DNA from: Chloroflexota bacterium
Lineage (GTDB): Bacteria; Chloroflexota; UBA6077; SHYK01
Assembly: GCA_016844585.1 (NCBI GenBank)
Contig: JAERMM010000011.1
Coordinates: 1 to 49,747 of the forward strand
Direction of reading: 5' to 3'
Length of the DNA stretch: 49,747 bases
The notes beneath the pieces were generated by a model. The model was given only the letters and a program-made list of their open reading frames with translations. It did not search any database and had not been told where the DNA came from. The position numbers and the translations under genes are program-made. Below, piece by piece: positions 1 to 15,539 of this stretch. Numbering within the stretch: the stretch's first letter is position 1; each line of letters starts with the position of its first letter.

Positions 1-363
1 GGCGTGGTGAGCTACGCGAACGAAGTGAAGGATTCTGTCCTGGGTGTCCCCACGGAGGTGCTGCGAGAGCATGGCGCCGTGAGCGCCCAAACCGCGCGCG
101 CCATGGCCGCAGGGGTGCGGACCCGGCTGGGCGCGGACGTGGGGATCAGCGTCACCGGTATTGCAGGTCCCACCGGCGCGACGACTGGGAAGCCCGTGGG
201 ACTGGTGTACATCGGCGTTGCCACGCCGTCTGAGGAGAACCTGCGTCGGGACATCTGGCCCGGCGACCGCTCGGAAGTCCGCGCGGCATCGGTCCAGGCA
301 GCCCTTCAACTGGCACTTAAAACACTCACTGTGACAGCCAGCAACCCCAAGTTTGCAGTTTAG
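1..363 (+). CDS. cinA: CinA-family C-terminal (PncC-like nicotinamide-nucleotide amidohydrolase) domain, 5'-truncated by window edge
   Basis: ORF 4..363 is open in frame from nt 1. The translation (GISVTGIAGPTGATTGKPVGLVYIGV) looks like the CinA/PncC C-terminal domain. cinA-recA synteny is classic. Confidence 0.8.
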   Translation, partial: GVVSYANEVKDSVLGVPTEVLREHGAVSAQTARAMAAGVRTRLGADVGISVTGIAGPTGATTGKPVGLVYIGVATPSEENLRRDIWPGDRSEVRAASVQAALQLALKTLTVTASNPKFAV

Positions 364-380
364 AACGGATGTGCTATAAT
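353..380 (+). promoter_or_regulatory. candidate recA promoter with extended -10
   Basis: TTGCAG (353-358), 16-nt spacer, TGcTATAAT (372-380), about 45 nt upstream of the recA ATG. Confidence 0.4.
363..374 (+). promoter_or_regulatory. candidate LexA (Cheo-type) SOS box
   Basis: GAACGGATGTGC matches GAAC-N4-GTTC with one mismatch and lies in the spacer of the candidate recA promoter. Confidence 0.3.
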
Positions 381-424
381 CGTCCGTCGGTTTTCCGCTT
401 CACTCACGGGAAGGAGAACGTTGC

Positions 425-1486
425 ATGCCGTTCGACAAGGACAAGGAGCGAGCACTGGACGTAGCCCTAGCGCAAATCGAGAAGAATTTCGGCAAGGGCT
501 CGATCATGCGGCTGGGCGGAGCGTCAGAGCGACTGGCCATCGAGGTGATTCCTACTGGATCGATCGCACTCGATCTGGCCCTTGGTGTCGGTGGGATTCC
601 GCGCGGGCGGGTGACGGAGATCTACGGCCCTGAGTCATCCGGAAAGACGACGTTGTGCCAGCACGTGATTGCAAACGCGCAGGCGACCGGAGGCGTGGCC
701 GCGCTCATCGACGTCGAGCATGCTTTCGATCCGACCTACGCACAGAACTGCGGCGTCAAGGTCGAAGAGATGCTCATCTCGCAGCCGGACACCGGCGAAC
801 AGGCACTCGAGATCGCGGAGGCGCTGGTGCGGAGCGGCGCGCTCGACGTGGTGTGCATCGACTCGGTGGCGGCGCTGGTGCCGCGGGCCGAGCTGGAAGG
901 CGACATGGGCGATGCGCACATGGGCCTGCAGGCGCGCCTCATGTCGCAGGCCCTGCGCAAGCTGACCGGCGCCATCAGCCGCTCGCACACGTCGGTGATT
1001 TTCACCAACCAGCTCCGCGAGAAGATCGGCGTGATGTTTGGGAGCCCCGAAACGACTCCGGGCGGCCGGTCGCTCAAGTTCTACGCTTCCGTGCGTCTCG
1101 ACATCCGACGCATCGACTCGATCAAACAGGGCACCACGATCGTCGGCAATCGGACGCGGGTGCGAGTGGTGAAGAACAAAGTCGCTCCGCCGTTTCGCAG
1201 TGCCGAATTCGACATCATGTACAACGAGGGAATCTCGCGGGAGGGCGGCCTCCTCGACGTGGCCACAGACCTCGAGATTGTCAAGAAGAGCGGCGCCTTC
1301 TTCTCATACGGAGAAACGCGCCTTGGACAGGGGCGAGAGAACGCCAAAGAATTCATGCGAGGCAATCCGGAGCTCACCGATCAGATCGAGCGGCAGATCC
1401 GCGAGACGTCGGTGGGACCGATGCCTTTGAAATTGGCGGTGGGCGATGGTGTGGTCGAAGACGAGGCGGAGCTCGCGCTCACCTAG
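425..1486 (+). CDS. recA: recombinase RecA
   Basis: 353-aa ORF with Walker [10 protein letters not shown] and full-length RecA-like sequence ([40 protein letters not shown]-like). Confidence 0.98.
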   Translation: MPFDKDKERALDVALAQIEKNFGKGSIMRLGGASERLAIEVIPTGSIALDLALGVGGIPRGRVTEIYGPESSGKTTLCQHVIANAQATGGVAALIDVEHAFDPTYAQNCGVKVEEMLISQPDTGEQALEIAEALVRSGALDVVCIDSVAALVPRAELEGDMGDAHMGLQARLMSQALRKLTGAISRSHTSVIFTNQLREKIGVMFGSPETTPGGRSLKFYASVRLDIRRIDSIKQGTTIVGNRTRVRVVKNKVAPPFRSAEFDIMYNEGISREGGLLDVATDLEIVKKSGAFFSYGETRLGQGRENAKEFMRGNPELTDQIERQIRETSVGPMPLKLAVGDGVVEDEAELALT

Positions 1487-2168
1487 GCCAGTCTCTCGCG
1501 ACGAATACCAGTCAGCGGACGACGTTGTCGGCGGTACCGTCACCTCGATCGAGACGCAGCGTCGGGCTGGCAGTGAGCGCTTCAACGTGTTCGTTGACGG
1601 CGCGTTCGCGTTCTCGCTGGCAGCTGAGTTGGCGTTGAATTTCCGCGAGGGCGACACACTCGACGTAACGGCTGTTCGTCAGGCGCTCGCTCGCGATCAG
1701 GGTCAGCGCGCCTACGAGCAGGCGTTGCGTTTCTTGGCCCCCCGACCGCGGAGCGTGGCGGAAGTTCGTTTGCGCCTCAAACGCCACGGGCACGACATGG
1801 TGGCTGTGGACGCCACAATCCAGCGGCTTGCTGACCATCAATTCGTAGACGACGACGAGTTCGCGGCTTTCTGGGTCGGCCAGAGACAGACGCATCACCC
1901 GCTTGGGCCACGTGCGCTACGCTCGGAGCTGAGAAGCAAGGGTGTCGATGTCGAGACGACGGATCGAGCCATCGAGCCGGCGGTGGCCGATCAGGAGGCA
2001 TCCGCCTATCGGGCAGCCGAGAAGAAGGCCCGCGGGCTATCGCTCGCGGACGAGCGGACATTCGGACAGGTGCTGACCGGGTACCTGTTGCGTCGGGGTT
2101 TCGATTATGACGCGGTGCGGTCCAGCGTCCGCCGCCTGTGGATCGAGTCCAGAGAATCGGAGAGTTGA
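1446..2168 (+). CDS. recX: recombination regulator RecX
   Basis: Directly downstream of recA, overlapping it by 41 nt. The only in-frame starts before the conserved N-terminal segment ([23 protein letters not shown]) are ATG 1446 and GTG 1449. RecX-type helical repeats follow. Confidence 0.85.
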   Translation: MVWSKTRRSSRSPRPVSRDEYQSADDVVGGTVTSIETQRRAGSERFNVFVDGAFAFSLAAELALNFREGDTLDVTAVRQALARDQGQRAYEQALRFLAPRPRSVAEVRLRLKRHGHDMVAVDATIQRLADHQFVDDDEFAAFWVGQRQTHHPLGPRALRSELRSKGVDVETTDRAIEPAVADQEASAYRAAEKKARGLSLADERTFGQVLTGYLLRRGFDYDAVRSSVRRLWIESRESES

Positions 2169-2240
2169 TGCTGGTCGCGAGTTGGTGGCGCTTGTGTTTC
2201 CCTGGCGGTAGTTTAAGGACGGGCATCCTTCGGGCAGCCA

Positions 2241-2966
2241 GTGGTTGAATCCAAACCGTCGGTAGAAGTGCAGATGGCCCGCGCCGCCCAGGTGCGGGAG
2301 ATGTTTGGGCGGATCGTTCCGCGCTATGACGTGGTTAACCGCTTGATGACGGGAGGCCAGGACGTTGGCTGGCGACGGGTTGCGGCGCAAGCCGCCCGAC
2401 CTGAGGGGGGGGTGGCGCTCGATATCGCTACGGGCACCGCCGATTTAGCGTTCGATCTCCTGCGGCTGGGGGCCCGGCGCGTTGTTGCCGCGGACTTTTG
2501 CGTTCCCATGCTGTCCGCGGCTCAGCGAAAGCTGCCAGTTTCCGAACCGCGCGGCATCCAACTCATGGCGGCGGATGCTCTCGCTCTGCCATACGCCGAC
2601 GCTACATTTGACTGTGTGACCAGTGGTTTCTTGCTCAGAAACGTAGTGGATCTGCCCCTGTGTCTGCGCGAGATGCACCGTGTGTTGCGCCCGGGCGGCC
2701 GGGCCGTTTCGCTCGACCTCACGCCCATACCAGCCGGGCCTCTGGCGCCCCTTGCCGGGTTCTACTTCCACCGGGTGGTGCCGCTTCTCGGACGCCTGGT
2801 TAGCGGCGACGGCGCCGCCTACCGTTACTTGCCATCGTCTCTGGCAGGGTTTCCGACCGCGGACTGCCTGACGGACCTGTTCCGTGAGGTCGGGTTCGGT
2901 CAAGTGACCTACAGAAGGTTCGGGTTCGGCGCAATCGCCATTCACGTGGCGACGAAGAACGAGTGA
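2241..2966 (+). CDS. ubiE: demethylmenaquinone/ubiquinone C-methyltransferase (UbiE/MenG family)
   Basis: VREMFGRIVPRYDVVNRLMTGGQDVGWRR N-terminal signature and SAM motif ALDIATGTADLA. ATG 2274 is an alternative start. Confidence 0.85.
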   Translation: MVESKPSVEVQMARAAQVREMFGRIVPRYDVVNRLMTGGQDVGWRRVAAQAARPEGGVALDIATGTADLAFDLLRLGARRVVAADFCVPMLSAAQRKLPVSEPRGIQLMAADALALPYADATFDCVTSGFLLRNVVDLPLCLREMHRVLRPGGRAVSLDLTPIPAGPLAPLAGFYFHRVVPLLGRLVSGDGAAYRYLPSSLAGFPTADCLTDLFREVGFGQVTYRRFGFGAIAIHVATKNE

Positions 2967-2970
2967 ACAG

Positions 2971-7904
<4,934 letters not shown>

Positions 7905-7908
<4 letters not shown>

Positions 7909-8618
7909 CTAGCATTCGTATTCGAAACGGCCGAGTGATCGACCCGAGCCAGCGGCGCTACGAGGTGGTCGACCTTGTGATCGTCGATGGACACGTCGAC
8001 GGCTACATCGGCCAGGAGGCCCAGGGCAGCTTTGATCGGGAGATCGACGCGGCCGGCATGGTGGTCTCCCCGGGGTTTGTCGACCTCCACTGCCACCTCC
8101 GGGAGCCGGGGTTCGAGGACAAGGAGACGATCGCAACCGGAGCGATGGCCGCCGTAGCCGGGGGGTTCACGACGATCTGCTGCATGCCCAACACGAACCC
8201 CACCATAGACACAGCGAACGACATCGCGTTCGTCTTCGCCGCGGCGCGGCGTGCTGGACTGGCCCGTGTGCTTCCGCTCGGGACGGTGACACGTGGAGAG
8301 CTGGGACGCGAGTTGTCAGACGCGACCGAAATGGCAGCCGCTGGCGCGGTTGCATTCTCCGACGATGGCCGACCAATCTGGGACGGGCGCATGATGCGAT
8401 ATGCCCTCACGAACAGCCTGCGTCACCACAAACCCATCGTCAACCACTGTGAAGATCCCGTGATCGCGGATGGCGGAGTGATGAACGAGGGGCGCATCTC
8501 CGATCTGCTCGGACTCAAGGGGCAACCTCCAGCCGCCGAGGAGGTGATGGTCGCCCGTGACATTGAGCTCTGCTGCGCATGGCCAAGCGCGACGGACTTG
8601 CCGTATCCGCCGAGGTGA
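7905..8618 (+). CDS. pyrC: dihydroorotase, N-terminal fragment (gene disrupted)
   Basis: Motifs HCHLREPG, AFSDDG, EEVMVARDIEL, then 14 unrelated codons and a stop. Confidence 0.85.
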
Positions 8619-9136
8619 CGCCCCACCACCTGACCATGACCGAGGAATGGGTACGCGGATACGACACGCGAACGAAAGTCAATCCGCCGCTCAGAACCGA
8701 GGTAGATCGGCAGGCGCTCATTGCAGCAGTCTCGGAAGGCCTCGTCGACGTGCTGGCCACGGACCATGCGCCGCACCGCTCCGTCGACAAGGACTGCACC
8801 TACGACGAAGCGGCCTTCGGAATCTCAGGCTTTGAGACGGCGCTCGGCAGTCTGATGACGCTGGTCGAGGCTGGGCAGCTCACTCTCAATGATGTGATTC
8901 GGGGCTTGACGGTTGAGCCGTGCCGAGCATTCGGGCTCCCCTACGGTACTCTGGCTGAAGGCTCCCTGGCGGACCTGGTGATCATTGATCCCGAGGCATC
9001 GTGGGTTGTGGACGCTAATCGCTTTTATTCCAAGGGACAGAACACGCCGCTGGACGGCCGGTCGCTCAGAGGGCGCGTCATCATGACGATGGTCGAGGGT
9101 CGGTCAGTCTACGAAGGCACACAGGCGGCCAATTGA
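8579..9136 (+). CDS. pyrC: dihydroorotase, C-terminal fragment (gene disrupted; frame open from 8567)
   Basis: (LLR)MAKRDGLAVSAEVTPHHL, NPPLR, ATDHAPH. Lies in a different frame from the N-terminal fragment. Confidence 0.85.
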   Translation: MAKRDGLAVSAEVTPHHLTMTEEWVRGYDTRTKVNPPLRTEVDRQALIAAVSEGLVDVLATDHAPHRSVDKDCTYDEAAFGISGFETALGSLMTLVEAGQLTLNDVIRGLTVEPCRAFGLPYGTLAEGSLADLVIIDPEASWVVDANRFYSKGQNTPLDGRSLRGRVIMTMVEGRSVYEGTQAAN

Positions 9137-10362
9137 ACGAGCCAGACAGCAGCGGCCCGTTCTCCTTCGTCAATCGTCAACCCTTTGTTGATGCCGATAC
9201 AGGTCTCGCCCTCGAGGACGGCCGCGTTTTCCTGGGCCGCGGTTTTGGCGCTCGAGTCATGACCGACGGCGAGGTCGTTTTCAATACGAGCATGGTTGGC
9301 TATCAGGAGATCGCGACGGACCCCTCGTATCGCGGACAGATGGTCGTGTTGACGCACCCGCAAATCGGCAACTACGGCGTGCAGGACGAGGCGCGCGAAT
9401 CGAAGCGACCGTGGTTGACGGCGCTCATTGTCCGCGACCTGGCTGCGCACCCCAATCACTGGTTGTCCTCCAGCACCATGGATCGGTACCTGGATGGCGC
9501 CGGAGTACCCGGGATCCAGGGTATTGACACGCGCGCGCTCACGAAACATCTGCGAACGCACGGAACAATGCGGGCCGCGCTGGGGCCAGTCGAAGGCGGC
9601 GCTGGGCTCGCTTCGCAAATCGAACGCCTGATAGCCGCGGCGCGCAACGCCATCCCATTGTCGGCCAAGAACCTCGTAGCCGAGGTCTCCAACGTCGAGT
9701 CTTCAAGGCGACCTACAGACCGCCAGATCGAGTCTGTCACGTCTGGTTCGCGCGCGCGGGTCGCGCTCGTGGATTGCGGGGTCAAGCACAACATCGCCAG
9801 GTCCCTGGTTGCTCGTGGCGCCGATCTGACCGTCCTGCCCTGGAACGCCACCTTCGATGACGTTCTGGCGGCTGGCGTCGACGGTGTGGTGGTATCGAAT
9901 GGCCCGGGAGACCCGGAGCGCATGAATCAGGTTGAGGCGCTGGTGCACGACCTGCTTCGGCGCGCCATTCCAACCCTGGGTATTTGCCTGGGCCACCAGG
10001 TAATGGGTCTGTCCGCTGGCGGCGCCACGAGCCGGCTGAAGTTTGGCCACCATGGCGGCAATCACCCGGTGCGCGACCTCACCACGGGGCGGGTCCATAT
10101 CACGTCGCAGAACCACGAGTTTCAAGTAGACAGCGATTCCATCACGGAGGCATCCGGGTTCTTCGTGAGCATGGTCAATCTGAACGATGGATCGGTCGAA
10201 GGGCTGGCGCACCGCGAGCTGCCTGCGTTCTCGGTCCAGTACCACCCGGAGGGCTGCCCCGGCCCACAAGACAACCAGTACGTCTTTGAGCGCTTCCTTT
10301 CGATGGCGGCGCAACCGACCTCGGGCGCCACCGCCCTCCGCGGTGTGCTGAGTGCTGAGTAG
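9133..10362 (+). CDS. carA: carbamoyl-phosphate synthase small (glutaminase) subunit
   Basis: LEDGRVFLGRGFGA, NTSMVGYQEIATDPSY and the catalytic GICLGHQ. The TTG start overlaps the pyrC stop (TTGA). Confidence 0.93.
   Translation: MNEPDSSGPFSFVNRQPFVDADTGLALEDGRVFLGRGFGARVMTDGEVVFNTSMVGYQEIATDPSYRGQMVVLTHPQIGNYGVQDEARESKRPWLTALIVRDLAAHPNHWLSSSTMDRYLDGAGVPGIQGIDTRALTKHLRTHGTMRAALGPVEGGAGLASQIERLIAAARNAIPLSAKNLVAEVSNVESSRRPTDRQIESVTSGSRARVALVDCGVKHNIARSLVARGADLTVLPWNATFDDVLAAGVDGVVVSNGPGDPERMNQVEALVHDLLRRAIPTLGICLGHQVMGLSAGGATSRLKFGHHGGNHPVRDLTTGRVHITSQNHEFQVDSDSITEASGFFVSMVNLNDGSVEGLAHRELPAFSVQYHPEGCPGPQDNQYVFERFLSMAAQPTSGATALRGVLSAE
10345..10359 (+). repeat. two tandem TGCTGAG heptamers at the 3' end of carA (left inverted arm)
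   Basis: GTGCTGAGTGCTGAG read directly, ending 1 nt before the carA TAG. Confidence 0.9.
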
Positions 10363-10398
10363 TTCAGTGATGGCCAATGCGTACGTGCCAGGCCTCGC

Positions 10399-13300
10399 GT
10401 GCGGGCGACGGGTGGAGAGCTGGAGTTGACGGGCTCAGCACTCAGCACTCAGCACTCAGCACTACGGAAAGTGATGGTGATCGGATCCGGGCCAATCATC
10501 ATTGGGCAGGCCGCCGAGTTCGACTACGCGGGGACCCAGGCGTGCCGGTCCCTCCGCGAGGAGGGATTGTCGACGGTTCTCGTGAACTCAAACCCTGCGA
10601 CCATCATGACAGACATCGGCGTGGCCGATGCGGTGTATATCGAGCCAATCACAGTCAGTGTGATCGAGCGCATCATTCAGCGCGAGCGGCCCGACGGGCT
10701 GCTGCCGACGCTCGGCGGCCAGACCGGGCTGAACATCGCGGTCGACCTGGCTGATGCCGGCGTCCTGGACCGGTACAACGTTCGGTTGCTGGGCACACCA
10801 CTCGCGACGATCAAGCAGGCCGAAGACCGTGAGCTGTTCAAAGAACTGATGCTCAGCCTGGGGGAGCCGGTTCCTGAGAGCGTGGTGGCCAGCGACGTCG
10901 AGGCTGCCGTCGAATTCGCAGAGGGCATTGGTTACCCGGTAATCATTCGCCCGGCGTTCACGCTCGGGGGAACCGGTGGCGGTATTGGTCGAACCGAGGT
11001 CGAGCTCCGGACTGTCTGCGAGAATGGCCTCTCTGCCAGTCCGATCCACCAGGTCCTTGTGGAGCGTTCGCTCATCGGCTGGAAAGAGATCGAGTACGAG
11101 GTGATGCGCGACAGCGCCGACAACTGCATCACCGTATGCAATATGGAGAACTTCGACCCGATGGGCGTCCACACGGGTGACTCGATCGTGGTCGCGCCCA
11201 GCCAAACCCTCTCCGATTTTGAGTATCAGATGCTGCGCTCGGCTGCGATCAAAATCATTCGCGCGCTTGGCATCGAGGGCGGCTGCAACATCCAGTACGG
11301 GCTCGACCCACGATCTCACGCCTACTATGTGATTGAAGTGAACCCACGCGTTAGCCGCTCGTCGGCCCTCGCGTCGAAGGCTACCGGCTACCCGATCGCG
11401 AGGGTCGCTGCGAAGATCGCCATCGGCCGGCGACTGGACGAAATCCCCAACCGCGTCACAGGCCAGACGACGGCCGCGTTCGAACCCGCGCTCGATTATC
11501 TCGTCGTCAAGGTGCCGCGCTGGCCCTTTGACAAGTTCGCCTCCGGCGACCGCACCATCAACACCCAGATGAAGTCGACGGGCGAGGTCATGGCCATCGA
11601 CCGTTCCTTCGAGGCCGCGTTGCAGAAGGCCGTTCGCTCGCTCGAGATCGACGGACGCTCGCTGCTCTGGGAAGAGCGGTCTTGGAGCGACGCCGATGGC
11701 TGCCCAACAGAGGAGTTGTTCGACCTGATCAGCCGTCCCAACGACCTTCGTCTGTGGGCGATCGCCGCTGCGCTGCGGCGCGAGGTCGCCATCGAGAAGG
11801 TCGCGTCGCTGTCCGGCATCGACCCATTCTTCGTCGCAAAACTCGCGTCGATCGTTGAGGTCGAGCGCGAGCTGCTTCGGGAGGACCTGACGCCATCGCT
11901 GATGTATCGCGCCAAGCGCATGGGGTTCGCGGACGCCCAGATCGCCGCGTTGAGCGACCGCCTGCCCGAACAGGTCCGGGTGCAGCGCACGGGGTGGGGC
12001 ATTCGCCCGGTCTACAAGATGGTAGATACCTGCGCGGCTGAGTTCTCCGCCGCCACGCCGTATTTTTACAGCACCTATGAGGCGGAGAATGAGGCAGCGC
12101 CTCTCGGTGTAGCATCCGCGCTCGTGATTGGCTCCGGACCCATACGCATTGGCCAGGGAATTGAATTCGACTACTGCAGCGTGCGTGCGGCGGCGGCGCT
12201 GCAGGAGGCGGGGCTGGCCAGCATCATGATCAACAGCAACCCGGAGACCGTAAGCACCGATTTCGATGCCTCTACCCGCCTCTACTTTGAGCCATTGGAC
12301 GAGGAGAGCCTGCGAGACGTGCTCGAGAACGAAATTGGCGAAACCGCCAATGGGTTCCTGGGGGAAGCGCCGCCCGTGGTTGCTCAGTTCGGTGGCCAGA
12401 CGGCTATCAACCTGGCCGAGCCTCTCCATCGCGCCGGGGGACGCATCCTGGGCAGCAGCGTCGAGGCGATCGATCTGGCCGAGGATCGCCGTCGATTCGA
12501 GAGCCTGTTGAATGCGCTGGAGGTGCCACAGCCCCCGGGCGCCTCGGTGCGGACGGTCGAGGAGGCCATAAACACGGCCGAAACCATCGGCTACCCGGTC
12601 CTCGTTCGGCCCTCTTATGTGCTCGGTGGGCGTGCAATGGAGATCGTGCACAACGCAACCGACCTGATTCGGTACGTCACCGCTGCGACTCAGCTTTCAA
12701 CACGGCATCCTGTCCTCATCGACAAGTATCTGGAGGGTAAGGAGCTCGAGGTCGACGCTATCTGCGATCGCAAGGACGTCTTGATCCCGGGTCTGATGGA
12801 GCATGTGGAGCGGGCTGGCGTCCATTCCGGCGACTCGATGGCAGTTTATCCAGCGCTCGGGCTTCGGCGATCTGAGGTGGAGCGTGTTGTGGATTACACG
12901 ACCCGCATCGGAATTGGTCTCGGCGTTCTGGGTGTGTTCAACGTGCAGTACGTTCTGTTCGAGGACACGCTGTACGTTCTCGAGGTGAATCCGCGCTCCA
13001 GCCGAACCGTGCCATTTCTCAGCAAAGTTACGGGGGTTCCGATCGTCACCGTTGCGACGCACGTTTCACTCGGCAAATCTTTGAGGGACCAGGGCTACAG
13101 GGGCGGGCTCTGGCCCAAGCAGGATCTCGTCGCGGTGAAAGCGCCCGTCTTCTCCATGTCCAAGCTGGCCCGGGTAGACACGTACCTCGGGCCGGAGATG
13201 AAGTCCACCGGGGAAGTGATGGGCATCGATTGCACCTACGAGGGAGCGATGACCAAAGCGCTGATCGCTTCGGGCATGATGCTCCCCGCGGAGGGTGCGC

Positions 13301-13749
13301 TGCTTCTCTCGATCGCAGACCGGGACAAGCCAGAGTCAATTCCCATCATCAAGTCGTTCGCCTCGTCTGGCTACCGCCTGTACGCTACCGAGGGTACGGC
13401 GCAGATGATCTCGGCGCTGGGCATTCCCGTTGTCATGACAACGAAGAAGCTGGATGAAGGTCACCCGAACGTTCTGGACGTGATCGTCGACGGCTCGGTC
13501 AATGGAGTCGTCAACACGCTTGCCGGTGTATCGGCGAGGCGCGATCAACTTCGAGATGGCTTCGAGATTCGGCGCACGGCCGCGGAACGGAGAATTCCGT
13601 GCTTTACTTCTCTGGACACCGCGCGGGTGGTTGCCGAGTGCGTCGCAGGGGGCCGCCACCGGGAACCTGATGCCGCGTCGTCGTTCGACGTGCGACCTAT
13701 CCAGGAGTATTGGACGTTCGACCCCCAAACGGTGATGAGTCGAGTGTAA
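10399..13749 (+). CDS. carB: carbamoyl-phosphate synthase large subunit
   Basis: [24 protein letters not shown] and two ATP-grasp halves, about 1100 aa. The start is uncertain: GTG 10399, TTG 10426 (with GGTGGAGAG upstream), GTG 10471 or ATG 10474. Confidence 0.95.
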   Translation: MRATGGELELTGSALSTQHSALRKVMVIGSGPIIIGQAAEFDYAGTQACRSLREEGLSTVLVNSNPATIMTDIGVADAVYIEPITVSVIERIIQRERPDGLLPTLGGQTGLNIAVDLADAGVLDRYNVRLLGTPLATIKQAEDRELFKELMLSLGEPVPESVVASDVEAAVEFAEGIGYPVIIRPAFTLGGTGGGIGRTEVELRTVCENGLSASPIHQVLVERSLIGWKEIEYEVMRDSADNCITVCNMENFDPMGVHTGDSIVVAPSQTLSDFEYQMLRSAAIKIIRALGIEGGCNIQYGLDPRSHAYYVIEVNPRVSRSSALASKATGYPIARVAAKIAIGRRLDEIPNRVTGQTTAAFEPALDYLVVKVPRWPFDKFASGDRTINTQMKSTGEVMAIDRSFEAALQKAVRSLEIDGRSLLWEERSWSDADGCPTEELFDLISRPNDLRLWAIAAALRREVAIEKVASLSGIDPFFVAKLASIVEVERELLREDLTPSLMYRAKRMGFADAQIAALSDRLPEQVRVQRTGWGIRPVYKMVDTCAAEFSAATPYFYSTYEAENEAAPLGVASALVIGSGPIRIGQGIEFDYCSVRAAAALQEAGLASIMINSNPETVSTDFDASTRLYFEPLDEESLRDVLENEIGETANGFLGEAPPVVAQFGGQTAINLAEPLHRAGGRILGSSVEAIDLAEDRRRFESLLNALEVPQPPGASVRTVEEAINTAETIGYPVLVRPSYVLGGRAMEIVHNATDLIRYVTAATQLSTRHPVLIDKYLEGKELEVDAICDRKDVLIPGLMEHVERAGVHSGDSMAVYPALGLRRSEVERVVDYTTRIGIGLGVLGVFNVQYVLFEDTLYVLEVNPRSSRTVPFLSKVTGVPIVTVATHVSLGKSLRDQGYRGGLWPKQDLVAVKAPVFSMSKLARVDTYLGPEMKSTGEVMGIDCTYEGAMTKALIASGMMLPAEGALLLSIADRDKPESIPIIKSFASSGYRLYATEGTAQMISALGIPVVMTTKKLDEGHPNVLDVIVDGSVNGVVNTLAGVSARRDQLRDGFEIRRTAAERRIPCFTSLDTARVVAECVAGGRHREPDAASSFDVRPIQEYWTFDPQTVMSRV
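10434..10463 (+). repeat. four tandem CTCAGCA heptamers (right inverted arm)
   Basis: CTCAGCA x4 plus CT, read directly. This is the reverse complement of the left arm. It lies in the 5' end or 5' UTR of carB. Confidence 0.9.
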
Positions 13750-14565
13750 TTGGACCTCTTCTCAGCACGCGTCGTGGATAACGAAGAGATCATGCCGTCA
13801 ACTCACGTTTTGACACTAGAGGCGGCGCGGGCTGCGCGGTCGGCTTCCCCCGGGCAGTTCCTGCATATCCGCTGTGGAGACGGTCTGTCTCCTCTGATAC
13901 GGCGCCCGATGAGCATCTTCCGAACTGATGGCACGCTGCTGCAGGTGATGATTCGGAACGTCGGCGAGGGTTCTTCCTGGATAGTCAGGCGGCAGGCAGG
14001 TGACATGCTCGACTGTCTGGGGCCTCTGGGCCGTGGGTTCCGCGTGAGCCCCCAGGCGCGCAACCTGCTGCTAGTCGGAGGCGGATACGGTGTAGCCCCG
14101 CTCGTCGGCCTGGCGGAACGCGCGCTGGCGCGCCGTGCCAACGTTTCCCTCGCAGTCGGGGCGGCGGCTTCGGAGCTCATTTTCCCGGCTTCGCTGATTC
14201 CCGAAGAGGTCGAATATCTGGTCGCGACGGACGATGGGTCCGCGGGGTACCGAGGATTCGTCACAGACCTTATTCCCGAGCGACTCGTATGGGCAGATGC
14301 TGTGTATGCGTGCGGGCCACTCGCGATGATGGCGGCGCTGGCGCGAATCATGCGCGATCTCGCACCACGCAAGCCCGCCCAGGTCGCGATGGAAGAGCGG
14401 ATGGGATGTGCCATGGGGGTCTGTCTCGGCTGTTGCATCGAATCCACCCGCGGTCCGCTCCGCGTGTGCACTGAAGGGCCCGTGTTCGACATTCGGCAGA
14501 TCGTTTGGCGGGAAGAGGCTGCTGCGATAGGGACCAGGGGCCCAGGGGTCGGAGGTCATGGGTGA
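13750..14565 (+). CDS. pyrK: dihydroorotate dehydrogenase (class 1B) electron-transfer subunit
   Basis: FAD/NAD-binding fold (RRPMSIF) and a C-terminal 2Fe-2S motif CAMGVCLGCC....C. The TTG start abuts the carB stop. Confidence 0.9.
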   Translation: MDLFSARVVDNEEIMPSTHVLTLEAARAARSASPGQFLHIRCGDGLSPLIRRPMSIFRTDGTLLQVMIRNVGEGSSWIVRRQAGDMLDCLGPLGRGFRVSPQARNLLLVGGGYGVAPLVGLAERALARRANVSLAVGAAASELIFPASLIPEEVEYLVATDDGSAGYRGFVTDLIPERLVWADAVYACGPLAMMAALARIMRDLAPRKPAQVAMEERMGCAMGVCLGCCIESTRGPLRVCTEGPVFDIRQIVWREEAAAIGTRGPGVGGHG

Positions 14566-15539
14566 GATTGCCGCCCCCCGACCCCCAACCTGACCTGCGC
14601 GTCGAAATTGGGCGAAACGCGAAGCTTCCACTAACCCTGCGTAATCCCGTGATGGTCGCGTCCGGAACGTTTGGCTACGGCACTGAGTACGCTCGACTCA
14701 TCGATGTCCAGCGACTCGGCGCAATTGTTTCGAAAGGCATCACGCTGCACCCGCGCCGCGGCAACAGAGGGCCCCGGGTCGTGGAGACTCCCGCGGGGAT
14801 GCTCAATGCCATCGGCCTACAGAACGTTGGCATCCACAAGCTGGTGAGCGACAAGGCACCGGTGTGGGCTCAATGGGACGTTCCAGTCATCGTCAACATC
14901 GCAGGCGACTCCATAGAAGAATTCGCGTATATGGCTGACCAGCTCGAGGGCGTGCCCGGGATCTCAGGCATTGAGCTGAACATCTCATGCCCTAACGTCT
15001 GGGAGGGCGGACGGGTCGTTGCCGAGGACGCCGAGACCACTGCTGCTATAACAGAGGCGGTTCGCCTGCGCACCGGCCTGCCGCTGCTGGTGAAGATCTC
15101 GCCCCAGGTGGCAGACATCGTTAGTGTGGCCCGGGCGGCGGAGGACGGTGGCGCAGACGCGGTGTCCCTCATCAACACATTCGTCGGCATGCGGATCGAC
15201 ACCCGCACGGCTCGGCCCGTGCTGGCGAATGTGACCGGCGGGCTGTCCGGCCCAGCGATCTTCCCGCTCACACTCTGGCTCGTCTACCTTGTGAGCCAGC
15301 ATGTCGGGGTGCCAGTGGTCGGCGTCGGCGGAGTGGCGTCACTCAATGATGCGCTCGAGCTGATGTTGGCCGGCGCGAGCGCTGTGCAGGTTGGGACGGC
15401 CACATTCGTCGACCCAGGGACATCTCTTCGCATTCTCGATGGCTTAAGAGAGGCCATTCGCTCGCGCGGGTGCGCGTCGGTCGGGGACCTGACCGGCCTG
15501 GCGCACCCAAGCCGGCGAGCGGCACGGGCGGCTCGATGA
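14562..15539 (+). CDS. pyrD: dihydroorotate dehydrogenase (class 1B) catalytic subunit
   Basis: LRNPVMVASGTFGYG and the active-site motif ELNISCPNV. GTG 14562 overlaps the pyrK stop (GTGA). The longest ORF starts at 14505. Confidence 0.9.
   Translation: MRLPPPDPQPDLRVEIGRNAKLPLTLRNPVMVASGTFGYGTEYARLIDVQRLGAIVSKGITLHPRRGNRGPRVVETPAGMLNAIGLQNVGIHKLVSDKAPVWAQWDVPVIVNIAGDSIEEFAYMADQLEGVPGISGIELNISCPNVWEGGRVVAEDAETTAAITEAVRLRTGLPLLVKISPQVADIVSVARAAEDGGADAVSLINTFVGMRIDTRTARPVLANVTGGLSGPAIFPLTLWLVYLVSQHVGVPVVGVGGVASLNDALELMLAGASAVQVGTATFVDPGTSLRILDGLREAIRSRGCASVGDLTGLAHPSRRAARAAR

Noticed and set aside
10434-10463. CRISPR-like or minisatellite array.
   Set aside because: The repeat unit is only 7 nt with no spacers, so this is a short tandem repeat and not a CRISPR. 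It is reported separately as a finding because of its inverted partner.
10588-12651. 687-aa ORF antisense to carB. Similar long shadow ORFs lie at 17736..19046 (antisense to ftsH), 27235..28389 (antisense to oppD), 23388..24425 (antisense to DUF58), 9703..10377, 33605..34588, 45806..46666 and 46592..47173.
   Set aside because: All lie entirely inside, and antisense or out of frame to, genes with unmistakable homology. Their translations are Arg/Pro/Gly/Ala-rich and low in complexity, as is typical of stop-poor alternative frames in GC-rich DNA.
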